Source of the DNA: Candidatus Latescibacterota bacterium | GTDB lineage: Bacteria > Latescibacterota > UBA2968 > UBA8231 | Assembly: GCA_965261395.1 (NCBI GenBank) | Contig: OZ253462.1 | Span: 5,184,001 to 5,248,000, forward strand | Length of the DNA: 64,000 nt | Direction of reading: 5' to 3' | Shown: in pieces, positions 36,590 to 46,951 of the stretch | Layout of the letters: each line of letters opens with the position of its first letter | Position numbering within the stretch: the first letter of the stretch is position 1 | Translations under genes and position numbers: made by a program | Notes under the pieces: model-generated | Database searches by the model: none | What the model was told of the DNA's origin: nothing | Seen by the model: only the letters and a program-made list of their open reading frames with translations

Positions 36590-39072
36590 TGCATTCGCCG
36601 GAGCAGCTCGCCCCGAGCCTCGTTGAACAGGCCAATCAGCCGCTGGCGAATCGCCTCGTCGCGGAAGACGCCGATCCTTTCGGCCCAAGCAATGCCACCT
36701 TCGAGGTGCGTCAGCAGATAATTGCCCTCCGCTGGCGCAAACGCACAGCGTCGGCCCACGTCGATATAGACCGGCGAGGAATGGGCCATCACTGGGCCGG
36801 CGTCCGTGTGGTGCGGCCCCCAGCAACGGGCCGCGACCCAGCAGGAATGCTTGGCCTTGAGCTTGAACTTCAGTTCGATCTGCTGGGCACCGGACGCGGC
36901 GACTTCGCGCGCGACCGACTCGCCATTGCAAATAAGCTCCAGCCCGGTAAGCGGCCAGACGCTGTCGGCAGTCGCTACCACTTCGACGGTGCCGCCATTA
37001 CCGGGTAGGTGGATTTCCTCGCCCATCTCCCGCCCCTCGACCTGTAGGTTGATCATCGCGCCCGTGCTGGCAAAGGTCTGGCCGCGCCGCACGGCTTGAC
37101 ACCAGTTGTCAAAAGTAAATTCCTCGCCGTCGCGCAGCTTAACATACGTGCGCGAGCCGCCCAAAATGCGGCCGTTGGACATCTTGTCGGTGCCGCCGAC
37201 AATCGGCAGCTTCTGACCCACGTTGAGCCAGCGGTAGTAGCCCTGCTCAGCCGAGCTGATCTGCTCGCCCTCCCAAATCCAGCACATCTCACCAGCGTCG
37301 GCGTGGCCCAAGACGATGTTGGCCGCGTTCTCAAAGTCGGGCAGCGGCATGTGCGGCATGATGACCAGCCCGCCCTGTTTTTTGCACTCCTCGGCCCAAT
37401 CGGCCATCAGCGCATCCACCGAGCCGCCAACCCAATCCTCATTGGCCCCGCCGGTACACATCGGCGCGACCAGTTCCTTGAGACCGAGCAAGCTGATGTG
37501 GCCAAGCACGTGTTGCCGGTTCTCCTGGCTGACCCAAACCAAGTGCTCGTCGCTGCTAGTTGGTGCCAGGCCGCCGGTAAACTCCTCCCACGAGGTAAAC
37601 AGCCGACCCCACTGGCTGGCCAACAGATGCACCACATTGAGGTCCTCGCCCTCGGCCTCTAGGTGAGCCGACTGGGAGGAGAGAAAATGCACGTGGGTAT
37701 CCCCCGAATAGTAGCCGCGCTGCTTCATGTCGAAGGCGCGTTTGACCTTGAGAGTCAGCGCGTTCTGTCCGGGCTTGATCTCGACCCGCTGGCGCAGCGG
37801 CTGGTACTCAAAACCGCGCACTACCTCCGCGTACACCGGGCCGATGGGCAAGTCGATCTGGCAGGTACCGTCAATGTACGCGTAGGGCACGCCCCCGGTC
37901 TTGCAGTCGCCGCCCATGTCCTCAAACCACGCCACATTGACGTCGGCTTGGTGGCCGTGCGGTGCCAGATAAGCTCCGTGCTCGGAGCGGAAGTGGACGC
38001 GGGTCCCTACGGGCTGGCCGGTATCCGCGTCCTCGACCCGCACGTGAACCCACTGCTTGCCGGACGGCGCGACGACCTCAATGCGCACTTTGCCTTGGGC
38101 GACCTTCTTTTCTTTCAGCACGTCGCCCCAGCAGATGCGCTCTTCGTCGTCCCCCGTCTTGATGGCGAGTTGACCTTCGGCTGAGCCGTGGATTTCCAGA
38201 TAGCCACCAGCGACCGTTTCTTGGCCGCCTCGTCCCCAGCCTGCCTCCTCGGAAGTGAGGAAATCTGCACTCGGCACCCAGAGCTGATCCCGACGCACGA
38301 TTTCGCCGCGCTCCATCGCCACTTCGGGCGCTCCTGCGGCATCGACCCGCAGCGCCACCTCCTGACGCGCCGGCCAAGCAAAAGGATCGCGCTCCTCGTG
38401 GCAGAGCGTAATCCCGGCCAAAGCTAGCGCCGTAGAGCCAGCCGCCGACACCGCGATCGCTGCAATCTCCTTGTCGGGCGCGGGATTTTCCCAGTCGTAG
38501 AGCCACCAGCCTTGGAGATCGCTACCCTCGCGCGTAAAGGTCCCGGTCTGCACCATGCCATAGCTGTGCTCGCGGCTGTCCAGCGGCACCGAGTAGAAAT
38601 GGCGGCAGTTGCGACAGAGAAAGGGATGGTGCCCCCAAGGCACCTGCACGTCGTGGATTTCAAAGCGACGACGCAGCGGCTGCTCGACCGAACTGCCGTC
38701 GGCATAGAGGACTCGATAGGTGCCAATCTCTTCGCCCGTGCCCTCGACCGTGGCCCATGCCTCCGGCACCGGCGCACAAGCGTGGGCGTAGAGGATGCGT
38801 CGGGCCTTGGCGCTTATCGGGATCTCCGCCGACGCATTCACTCCACCCCCGGCCTTTTGCGCCACCAGCACCACGGCCCGGTCAGCCCCTGCGGCTGCCA
38901 AGCTAAAGGGCACGCCCCAAAACTGCTGCTCGCCCCAAGGCAGATTCACGAGCGGAGTATGGTCGGGCGCGTCGTCGGGCGCCGGCCAGAGCTTGTCGCT
39001 TTCAGACTCAGCATTGCCGGTGCCAGCGTTATACGTTGCGCTCAAATCCAACGGCACAAACGGATCGTTCAT
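36586..39072 (-). CDS. CehA/McbA-family PHP-domain metallohydrolase
   Basis: YSGDTHVHF, ENRQHVLGH, MPH, GGTD and AHSSPVY motifs. Confidence 0.82.
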   Translation of the reverse strand: MNDPFVPLDLSATYNAGTGNAESESDKLWPAPDDAPDHTPLVNLPWGEQQFWGVPFSLAAAGADRAVVLVAQKAGGGVNASAEIPISAKARRILYAHACAPVPEAWATVEGTGEEIGTYRVLYADGSSVEQPLRRRFEIHDVQVPWGHHPFLCRNCRHFYSVPLDSREHSYGMVQTGTFTREGSDLQGWWLYDWENPAPDKEIAAIAVSAAGSTALALAGITLCHEERDPFAWPARQEVALRVDAAGAPEVAMERGEIVRRDQLWVPSADFLTSEEAGWGRGGQETVAGGYLEIHGSAEGQLAIKTGDDEERICWGDVLKEKKVAQGKVRIEVVAPSGKQWVHVRVEDADTGQPVGTRVHFRSEHGAYLAPHGHQADVNVAWFEDMGGDCKTGGVPYAYIDGTCQIDLPIGPVYAEVVRGFEYQPLRQRVEIKPGQNALTLKVKRAFDMKQRGYYSGDTHVHFLSSQSAHLEAEGEDLNVVHLLASQWGRLFTSWEEFTGGLAPTSSDEHLVWVSQENRQHVLGHISLLGLKELVAPMCTGGANEDWVGGSVDALMADWAEECKKQGGLVIMPHMPLPDFENAANIVLGHADAGEMCWIWEGEQISSAEQGYYRWLNVGQKLPIVGGTDKMSNGRILGGSRTYVKLRDGEEFTFDNWCQAVRRGQTFASTGAMINLQVEGREMGEEIHLPGNGGTVEVVATADSVWPLTGLELICNGESVAREVAASGAQQIELKFKLKAKHSCWVAARCWGPHHTDAGPVMAHSSPVYIDVGRRCAFAPAEGNYLLTHLEGGIAWAERIGVFRDEAIRQRLIGLFNEARGELLRRMQ

Positions 39073-39140
39073 CGCAGTTTCCTCTTTAAGGTGAATGGCC
39101 GCTCAATATATCTCCGCCAAAATCCTCGAACAAGGCGGCC

Positions 39141-41624
39141 TTAGTGCGGCACGCCCAACTGGTGCATCCGGCGATGGATCGCCTCTCGCGCTTGCAGGAA
39201 GGGCCGCTCCAGATAGGCGAGGTGATCCGCCTCACCGTGGTGATGCGTAATGTCGTCGCGCAGATGCTGGCGGCTGTTGTGGCGGATGTAGTGCAGTGAG
39301 CCATCCACCAAGGTCAGCATGTACTGCGCCGTCTCTTGGTTGAACATCCACCACTCGCCGCCGCAGGCCAGATACACCGGCGAGGTGTGCGCCATGATCC
39401 CCCGGCCCCATCCATCGAAGTGCTGTACGCTCTGTTCGTAGCCCGGCCCGCTGCACCGCGCCGCCAGCCACGAGTGGCCCTCCACCTTTACCGCAGCCTG
39501 CAGGCGCAACTTGCGCGTCCCCTTGGCCTCTTCCACAGAGGCCACCACCCGCCCCTCCTGCACCACCTCCAGTGTGTGGATCGGCACCACCGACTCGGCC
39601 TCGGCGACCACCTCCACCGTGCCGCCATTGCCCGGCAGCCGCACCGTATCCCCCACCTCATGCCCATCGACGCTGAAGCGGATCAGCGGGCCGCCGCTGT
39701 GGAAGGTGCGACCCGCGGCCATGTACTTGCACCAGTTGTCGTAGGTGAACGGCTCGTCCTTGGGGATCTGCACGTAGGTGCGATAGATCCCCACCGGCAC
39801 ATCGCTGCTCATTTTGTCGGTGCCGCCGACCAGCGGCAGCTTGTAGCCGCAATTGAGGTAGCGGTAGTACTCGCCGTGCATGTACATCCCGTGCCGGAGC
39901 ATCTCCACTGCGTCGGCGCGACCCGTGGCAATCAGGGCGGCTGGCTCGCCGTTGGGGCTGGGCAAATGCGGGATCACCACGCTGCCGCCTTGCGCTCGGC
40001 AGCGGTCGGCCCACTCGGCCATGGGCACTTCGAGCGTTCCGCCCAGTTCGGCTTCGCCCAGGCCGTCCGAACACCACGGCATCACCGGCTCCTTCAGCCC
40101 CATGAGGATCAGATGCCCCAAAAAGTGCTGCCTATTTTCTTGGGATACATAGACGATATGATCGCCATTAGGCGTGGCCATTTCGCCGCCGGTAAATTCT
40201 TCGGTATTGGTAAACAGCCCGCCCCACTGCGATTGCAGCAGGTTGACCACGTTCAAATCCTCACCCTGCGCCTCGGTAAGGCTACCCTGCGCCGAGAGGA
40301 AATGCACGTGCGAGTCGCCGCTGTACCAGCCTTCCTCGTTCATCTGCCGCCAGCGCTTCAACCGCAGCTCCAAGATGCGCTGGCCTGGCTCGATTTCCAC
40401 TTTGGTGCGCAGCGGCTCGTATTCGTAGCCACGCGCCACATCCACGATCACTTCGCCGCGCGGCAGCCAGCCTTGGCAGGTGCCGTCAATGTACGCATAG
40501 GTGATCTGCCCCAAGCGCACATCGCCGCCCACATCGAAGTGCCAAGTCCCCATGTTGGAGTTGACGTGGGCGTGGTGGCCGTGCGGAGCGTAGGGGATGC
40601 CCTCCGGCGAGCGGAAGTGGACGCGGCAGGGCACGGGTTTCCCAGTGGCGTCGTCGATGACCTTGGTATGTACCCAGTTGCGCCCGCGCTCCACCACCTC
40701 CAGCCGCACCCGTGGCGAAGCCTCCACGCGGCCCTGCTGCCGCACCTCCTCCCAGCGGGTCTCGCCCAAAACTTCTCCGTCTCGCTTAACCTGCACGGTG
40801 GCCGAAGGATTGGCGGCAATTTCCACGTATGAAGGGCTGCTGCCCTCGTTTTGGGCTTCGCCCCAGCCCTTGCGCCCATCGAGGAAATCCTCGGCCGTTG
40901 CTTCCGGCAATGGGTAGGGATAGGTCGCAACACCCCGATCTACTTCCACTTCAAGGGCGGCGGATTCGCTCGCGTCCTCTTCTTGCGGCAGAGTGATAAT
41001 GACCTCGCGCATGCCCTCGCGGCAGATCGGCTCTTCGTCCAAATCGCTCAGGGTGATTCCACTAATGACAAAGGCCGGACCCGCAGCCTCGATGGCGATT
41101 TTTTCCAACCCCTTGTCCGGGTGCGGATTCGGCCACGCCCAGAGCACGAAGTGCTGCGCGCGCCCGGCATCGGCCTCGGTCTGGCGACGCCCGACCATGT
41201 CCCACGGGCCCTCGGTGCGCGGCAAGAGTTGATCATTCGTATCGGGCACCGCCACAAACGGCGCACCCCCATACGACGACGGCACAGTCGAGATTTCAAA
41301 GCGATCGCGCACTGGCACCTTGAGCACATCCCCGTCCTCGTAGTGCAGCGCGTATTCAGCTACCGCCACCGCCAGCGGCCCATTGTCGGCGATCCGCGAC
41401 TCCAACAGACGATGCGCCACAATCATCCAAGTCACCCGCCGACCGACCGGGATTTCCACACCGGACCGCTCTCCACCACAGGCGATCAGACAGCGCCCAG
41501 CATCGCTGCCAAGCGCAAAGGGCAAGCCGCGAAAGCATTGTGCGCCGAGCGGGCCTTGGCCCCCCAAGATGTCCAGCCCAGCGTTGTACAGCGCGTTCAA
41601 ATCCAGCGGTGTGTAGGTGCCCAT
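39141..41624 (-). CDS. CehA/McbA-family PHP-domain metallohydrolase (tandem paralog)
   Basis: YSGDSHVHF, ENRQHFLGH, IPH, GGTD and AHTSPVY motifs; RBS AAAGGAGG. Confidence 0.82.
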   Translation of the reverse strand: MGTYTPLDLNALYNAGLDILGGQGPLGAQCFRGLPFALGSDAGRCLIACGGERSGVEIPVGRRVTWMIVAHRLLESRIADNGPLAVAVAEYALHYEDGDVLKVPVRDRFEISTVPSSYGGAPFVAVPDTNDQLLPRTEGPWDMVGRRQTEADAGRAQHFVLWAWPNPHPDKGLEKIAIEAAGPAFVISGITLSDLDEEPICREGMREVIITLPQEEDASESAALEVEVDRGVATYPYPLPEATAEDFLDGRKGWGEAQNEGSSPSYVEIAANPSATVQVKRDGEVLGETRWEEVRQQGRVEASPRVRLEVVERGRNWVHTKVIDDATGKPVPCRVHFRSPEGIPYAPHGHHAHVNSNMGTWHFDVGGDVRLGQITYAYIDGTCQGWLPRGEVIVDVARGYEYEPLRTKVEIEPGQRILELRLKRWRQMNEEGWYSGDSHVHFLSAQGSLTEAQGEDLNVVNLLQSQWGGLFTNTEEFTGGEMATPNGDHIVYVSQENRQHFLGHLILMGLKEPVMPWCSDGLGEAELGGTLEVPMAEWADRCRAQGGSVVIPHLPSPNGEPAALIATGRADAVEMLRHGMYMHGEYYRYLNCGYKLPLVGGTDKMSSDVPVGIYRTYVQIPKDEPFTYDNWCKYMAAGRTFHSGGPLIRFSVDGHEVGDTVRLPGNGGTVEVVAEAESVVPIHTLEVVQEGRVVASVEEAKGTRKLRLQAAVKVEGHSWLAARCSGPGYEQSVQHFDGWGRGIMAHTSPVYLACGGEWWMFNQETAQYMLTLVDGSLHYIRHNSRQHLRDDITHHHGEADHLAYLERPFLQAREAIHRRMHQLGVPH

Positions 41625-41665
41625 GGTCTCCTCCTTTGGAGTTGTCTTGCGTTTGGGCTGATAAA

Positions 41666-42454
41666 ATGGCTTGGGGGACCGAGTTATGCAAAAAAGCAGT
41701 CAGTACAAGGGATGTCAGATTAGTTTTTCTGCGTGTTGACCCACAGGCTCAGACAATAAGCTCAATCCTCGTCCTGACCCCAGATTATATCGAGAGAAAA
41801 TTCGGACGCTTTGGTAAGCCGACGATTAAACACCAAATCATAATTCCGCCAAAAGTTAGAGATAAGGCGCTAGATCAAACTCCGCCGGGCATTTTCTGTT
41901 CAGATACGTCTGCTCTTTCTCAACATGTAACGGGGAAGTATGCTATTCCGACCTCTCCAATAGGTGATAAACCTATTTTGGATCAGCTATTTTCTTTGAA
42001 ATTGCTGCGAGAAATGCTAGTGGATGGGCTAATTGGTGAACCATTGGATCAAATGGCTACAAAAAACAGAGGGCAAGCGTTAGAGCGCTTGGTTGCTTGT
42101 CTATTAGGCTACAAAATTAGTGATGCTGAGCTTTTAGAGGGGAATTTTCCCGATATTCCCAACCAAGCCTTGGAAGTCAAGGTACAGGATTCGCCGACCG
42201 TAGATCTAGGAAAATTCAGTCCCCAGTTCAAAGAGTGCGTACCGTCCTGTCCTAGCTTAACGACGTTAGATGTCCGCTACTTGATAGCCTTGACTGATGC
42301 AGAGACGGGCATTGTTCAGGGGATAATTTTATGTCCTGGTGAGAAGTTAGGTGAGCATTTTTCATACGTAAGCGACACTAGTTTTAAGTGCCAAAGATCA
42401 ATCCCTATGTCTTTTTTTCATACGTACCAAGGCAAAGCACTTTACAATCCCTGA
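41666..42454 (+). pseudogene. Type II restriction endonuclease (probable cognate of the BseCI/ClaI-like MTase), probably 5'-truncated
   Basis: RGQALE...FPDIPNQALEVK PD-(D/E)xK motif; low GC; convergent with and overlapping the MTase 3' end. No convincing start or RBS at the GC transition near 41700. Confidence 0.6.
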
Positions 42455-42573
42455 GACGAGAGTAGCGGCTCGACGCCAAAGGCTTCCGCTACAACAATCT
42501 CTAAATCAGTCTCATATTTCTCGGTCATATTGTCGCCTACGTCAGCCGACACCAACTTTTTCACCAAATCTAC

Positions 42574-43758
42574 GGCTTTGGTGCATGAATTGGTGTTTTT
42601 TTCGGTTGATCGGTTGAATAAAAACAGGCTCCTCAGTAGATTGAGCACGACTTTCGCCAAAAAACCCATGCTTTCTCGTCCAAGGAACCTGTCATGGCCA
42701 ACCTATCGTCTTGCCCCTCTTCCGTCAAGCCTGGTCGCTCGCCTCGCCGTCGCTCCAACGTCGTGTACCGGGTACGTAATTGGGCCGACTATGAGGCCGG
42801 GCTGCAACAGCGCGGTAGTCTGACGGTGTGGTTCACGCCCCAGGCCGTCGAAGCTTGGTATTATCAAGGGCCGCCTCAGCGGGGGGCGCAATATACCTTT
42901 TCGGAGGTCGCCATCCAAACGGCGTTGACGCTGCGTCTTTTGTATCACTTGCCCCTACGCCAAACCGAGGGGTTTGTCGCTTCGGTGTTGGCCCTGATGG
43001 GCTTGGATCTGCGGGTGCCCGATCACACGACCCTGTCGCGCCGTCAGGCGGGTTTAGCCGTGGCGTGGCCGCCCCAGCGGGGAGACCAACCGATGCACTT
43101 GGTGGTGGATTCGACCGGGCTGAAAGTGTATGGCGAAGGCGAATGGAAGGTGCGTCAGCACGGCTGGAGCAAGCGGCGCACGTGGCGCAAATTGCACCTC
43201 GGGGTTAATGAAGCCACCGGCGAGATCGTCGCGCAGACCTTGACGACGAATAGCCACGATGATGCGGGGCAGGTGGAGCCGTTGCTGGCACAGATCGAGG
43301 CCCCCGTGGAGGCGTTGGGCGGCGATGGGGCCTATGACAAACGCAAGGTGTTCAAGGCGTTGGCCGCGCCCGAGCAGGGGGCACCTATTCATCCGATCAT
43401 TCCGCCGCGCAAGGACGCCAAAATCGAGCAACATGGCAACACCAACGCCGAGCCGTTGCCCCGCGATGAGACGATTCGAGCCATCCGCAAACGGGGCCGT
43501 CGAGGTTGGAAACACGAGAGCGGCTATCATCGACGCTCGGTAGCCGAAACGCAGATAGGCCGCTACAAACAGATACTTGGTGACACCTTGCGCACCCGAA
43601 CCCTAACCAACCAACAGACCGAAGCGCGGTTGGGCTGTGCCTTGCTCAACCGGATGCGGGCGTTGGCGAAACCTGAGTCCTATCCGCTAACCAAAAAAGC
43701 GTAAATCACACGCGAAAGAAGCCAACACGGCCCCGACCGGTTTTCATGCAACAAAGCC
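42574..43758 (+). mobile_element. Complete IS5-family (IS903 group) insertion sequence, 1185 bp
   Basis: TIRs GGCTTTGGTGCATGAA and TTCATGCAACAAAGCC (15/16 match); 9-bp target duplication CAAATCTAC at 42565-42573 and 43759-43767. Confidence 0.95.
42694..43704 (+). CDS. IS5 family DDE transposase
   Basis: YRVRNWADY...RGSLTVW, VVDSTGLKVYGEGEW, WRKLHL, DGAYD and YHRRSVAET motifs. Confidence 0.95.
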   Translation: MANLSSCPSSVKPGRSPRRRSNVVYRVRNWADYEAGLQQRGSLTVWFTPQAVEAWYYQGPPQRGAQYTFSEVAIQTALTLRLLYHLPLRQTEGFVASVLALMGLDLRVPDHTTLSRRQAGLAVAWPPQRGDQPMHLVVDSTGLKVYGEGEWKVRQHGWSKRRTWRKLHLGVNEATGEIVAQTLTTNSHDDAGQVEPLLAQIEAPVEALGGDGAYDKRKVFKALAAPEQGAPIHPIIPPRKDAKIEQHGNTNAEPLPRDETIRAIRKRGRRGWKHESGYHRRSVAETQIGRYKQILGDTLRTRTLTNQQTEARLGCALLNRMRALAKPESYPLTKKA

Positions 43759-45691
43759 CAAATCTACTATCCTCCTAGAATACGCAGAATGCCTATCTGG
43801 CATTGGGTATTTTTCTACATATTGAGTTAAATAGCGCCGCCGGCCAGCGTACAGTTTGTTATTAAATACCAGCTCGTGATAACGAGTCATCAGATTTGAA
43901 TTCGCTATCCCTTGGATAAGGAAGAGCATATCCGTGTTTTCTTCTTCTGAGACGATCCAGTAACAGTTGCCATCAACCATCAAACCTTCGTGATCATAAA
44001 AGAACATTGGACTAGGACTAATATCGGGAAAGATGAGCTTGGGGCGCTGCAAAGCTAAAGGATCTTGGGGCACCCAAATCTCGTACCATTTTCTATTAGC
44101 CTCAATTACGTATTTCCGTCTTTCTAATCTCTCACGGTGTTGCCTAAGATATGCCGCCGCGCATGGATACTGTTCTATGTCAATAGCTACTCGTTTCGCG
44201 TCCCTGACTTCATGAGTATATAATATTTTTTTAAGCGATTCATTCCTTGTGCCAGATCGCCAGCGGCTAGCGTCGTCGTGTGAGAATATGGGACGTAGTA
44301 AACAGTCCTCCGGTCGCCTATCTTCAGGTACATCGTCCCAGTCCGAGCGAATAAAAACTCGATCGGCTGTCGTCTTAATACCAACCCTCACCTTCACAAC
44401 GTCGCCAATTCGGCACTTTGCCGCCGATTCTACTTTACCAATCCACTCTTTCTCAAGCGCAGTTGCCATCCGCCAGGGTTCGGAGGGTAAGTTAGAAAAG
44501 GAAAGACTCCCCGTCGAAAATTTGAACCGGGTTTTAGATACCAAATATTCACCGTCAGAATTTTGTCTGAGAATGTCGTACACTGAGTTAACATGGACTG
44601 GCTTTTCTCGATCATCGCGATTATTTGTCCTATTCTCGTAAATTCTGACAAATCTATTTAGCAGCCTCGGATCCATAGAGGAACGCAATGTAGAGGGTAC
44701 TTTTCTAGCGATCAAAATAGCTGGCAGAACGGCAGCCTCGAAAAGCTTGGTGTCGCCAAGGTCAATCAATTCGACGATCTCGTAATTTTCGGCGATGAAC
44801 GCTCTGATGGAGGCTCCACCTTTTGTTGAAATAAACCGATTGGACGTGATGACGCCTATAATGCCACTGTCTTTTAAGCACTGGGTCATCGCCACCAGAA
44901 AAGCTTGGTATAAATCGATTCTGCCTTTCAGGCGAAAGGCTTTTGCTAACTCCTGTGATTTCCGAGCGCCGAGGACCTGCGTTCGGACGTAAGGAGGGTT
45001 GGCGATTATAATATCTACAGGAGGAATAGTCTTGTTAGTTGGAGGCCCGTTGTTAAACAGCCCTATCTGTGCCTCTGAATCGGTGTAAAGTTCCAGGAAA
45101 TCCATCCTCTTGAGAAAATTCGATTTTGAGCTGAGCACTTCTAACCGCTCTTGGGCTTTCCCGAGGGATAAATCGTCGAGCTCTATCCCTGTAATGACGG
45201 TATTTCTTAGTGCATTATCTGGCAGTGAGTTAGCTAAGGCGACTAGTAGTTCTCCATCGCCACAGGCTGGATCCAAAACCCTTAGTTCAGGGAGTTGATG
45301 AAAGTCCGCTTCGGCGACTAGTCTCTCTGCGAGAAAACGAGCAAGTTCAGGAGGTGTGTAATGCGAACCAGTAGCTTTTTGTTTAGTAACAAGTGGCATC
45401 TGGGCATAGCCCTTTGTTTTCAATATTAAGGCTGTAAGAATCAAACTAAGAATCGAATATCAATGGACCCATGTCAACCTGAAAACCTGTGAATGGTTAC
45501 ATTTTTAAACTAAACTTACTACTCACACGCAGATACTTGGGTGCTCTTGCCCCCAATAAGTCTGCTCGCTAACTTGCTGGCCAATGAGGCCGAAGTCCCC
45601 GTTACGCTTCCCGCCATTAGCTTGCGCCTCCTCTCCCACGCCCGTACCTTGGCCGCCCATCGCCTTCCCCGCCCTCAAGGAGCCTCCCAAG

Positions 45692-46927
45692 ATGAAAATC
45701 ACCAACATCGAAGTCATCCCCATCTTCCCCAAGCTGGCCAGCCGCTACGCCGCGCGCCGCGTCGATCTCTACGGCATCGACTGCCGCGTCGTATACAAAG
45801 TCCACACCAACGCCGGCATCATCGGTTACGGCGACATGCGGGTGCGGCCCTACGCCCAACCGTCCCGCGACTCCGTCGCCCAGTTCATTGGCCTCAGCCC
45901 CTTCGACTTCATCAATGACCATCGCTCCGCCGTTCCCTCGGGCCTGCTCTGCGCCCTGTACGACGCGATGGGCAAACACCTCGACCTGCCCGTCCACAAA
46001 CTCCTCGGCCAGAAAAAGCGCAACGCCATCGCCGTGGCCGCCTGGACCCGACCCGCTTCCCCAGAGGTTTTCCGCGACGAGATCAAACGCGCCGCCGCCG
46101 AAGGCTATCGCGTCTTCAAAATCCACACCTGCACCCACCACGACGTCTTCGAGCAGACCCGTCTAGCTACAGAAGTCGCCCCGGAGAGCTTCCGCATCCA
46201 CTACGACTTCAACCACAACCGCAGCCTCGGCAGCGCCCTGCCGATCATCGCCGAACTCGAACGAAATTTCCCCATCGTCGGCTACATCGAAGACCCGCTC
46301 GACAAAAGGGACATCGACGGCTGGAAGCGCCTGCGCCAGCAGACCAGTCTGCCGCTAATCATGCACGGCACGCCCTTGGGCGGGGTCCAAGAACTGATCT
46401 ACGGCCTCGCCGACATGTACATGATCGGCGGCACCCTCGAAGATACCATGGCCGCTGGCTGGGCCTGTGGCCGGGCCAATGTACAAGTTCTGCTGCAATT
46501 TGAAGGTGGTACTCTGGGCAAGGCCATGGCCATGCACATGGCCTCGGTGCTGCCGACCCACACCGCCCATTCGATTAACCTCGACGACCAGTACGCCGAA
46601 GACTACACCACCGAAACCATTCCCGTCGTCGATGGAGCCTCCCCCGTACCCAACGGCCCGGGCTTAGGTTTTGCAGTCGATGAGGACGCGCTGGCGCGGC
46701 TGGCAGCCCAATCGCTCGTCGAGCGTCCAACCCACGTCGGCGTCTTGCAGATGCCCGGCGGACACACGTACTACGGCCCGTCCTACATCTCCCCCACCAG
46801 CATTACCGGCCATCAGGAGGGCGTTGACCGCGGCTTCCGCTCTTCGATTTGGGAAGACGACGGCTCCGCCGAGTTCGCCAAAGTCCACGACCGCGTCAAC
46901 AAGGAAGGCGTCTTCCGCGCCGACTGA
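45692..46927 (+). CDS. Mandelate racemase/muconate lactonizing enzyme (enolase superfamily)
   Basis: MKITNIEVIP, ALYDAMGK..LPVHKLLG, FKIH, YDFN, IEDP and PNGPGLG motifs; RBS AAGGAG. Confidence 0.88.
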   Translation: MKITNIEVIPIFPKLASRYAARRVDLYGIDCRVVYKVHTNAGIIGYGDMRVRPYAQPSRDSVAQFIGLSPFDFINDHRSAVPSGLLCALYDAMGKHLDLPVHKLLGQKKRNAIAVAAWTRPASPEVFRDEIKRAAAEGYRVFKIHTCTHHDVFEQTRLATEVAPESFRIHYDFNHNRSLGSALPIIAELERNFPIVGYIEDPLDKRDIDGWKRLRQQTSLPLIMHGTPLGGVQELIYGLADMYMIGGTLEDTMAAGWACGRANVQVLLQFEGGTLGKAMAMHMASVLPTHTAHSINLDDQYAEDYTTETIPVVDGASPVPNGPGLGFAVDEDALARLAAQSLVERPTHVGVLQMPGGHTYYGPSYISPTSITGHQEGVDRGFRSSIWEDDGSAEFAKVHDRVNKEGVFRAD

Positions 46928-46929
46928 CG
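46881..46929 (+). repeat. Direct repeat copy: 3' end of the enolase-superfamily gene
   Basis: 49 bp with 5 mismatches to 48130-48178. Confidence 0.9.
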
Positions 46930-46951
46930 ATTTTACGTTGTCAAATCGCGG

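Larger units (their letters stand above)
42442..45399 (-). pseudogene. N6-adenine DNA methyltransferase, M.BseCI/M.BanIII (ATCGAT)-like, interrupted by IS5 about 40 codons before its end
   Basis: QKATGSHYTP, VLDPACGDGELL, IIANPPYVRTQVLGA, DLYQAFLVAM and GVITSNR closely resemble M.BseCI as recalled. The reading frame resumes after the IS (…RRIVDL|VKKLV…QGL*). Confidence 0.85.

Noticed and set aside
39336-40832. Long antisense ORFs (this 498-aa one, also 11513-12565, 28147-29331, 55912-56988, 5359-6303 and 62923-63915)
   Set aside because: Shadow ORFs opposite well-supported genes in GC-rich DNA, with no recognisable motifs.
41540-41665. N-terminal extension of the restriction endonuclease ORF
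   Set aside because: It overlaps the start and RBS of the divergent metallohydrolase gene and has host-like GC, so it is a chance open frame.
45523-45732. Small minus-strand ORF as another displaced gene remnant beside the R-M cassette
   Set aside because: No matching copy in the window and no recognisable family; it overlaps the promoter and start of the enolase-family gene.
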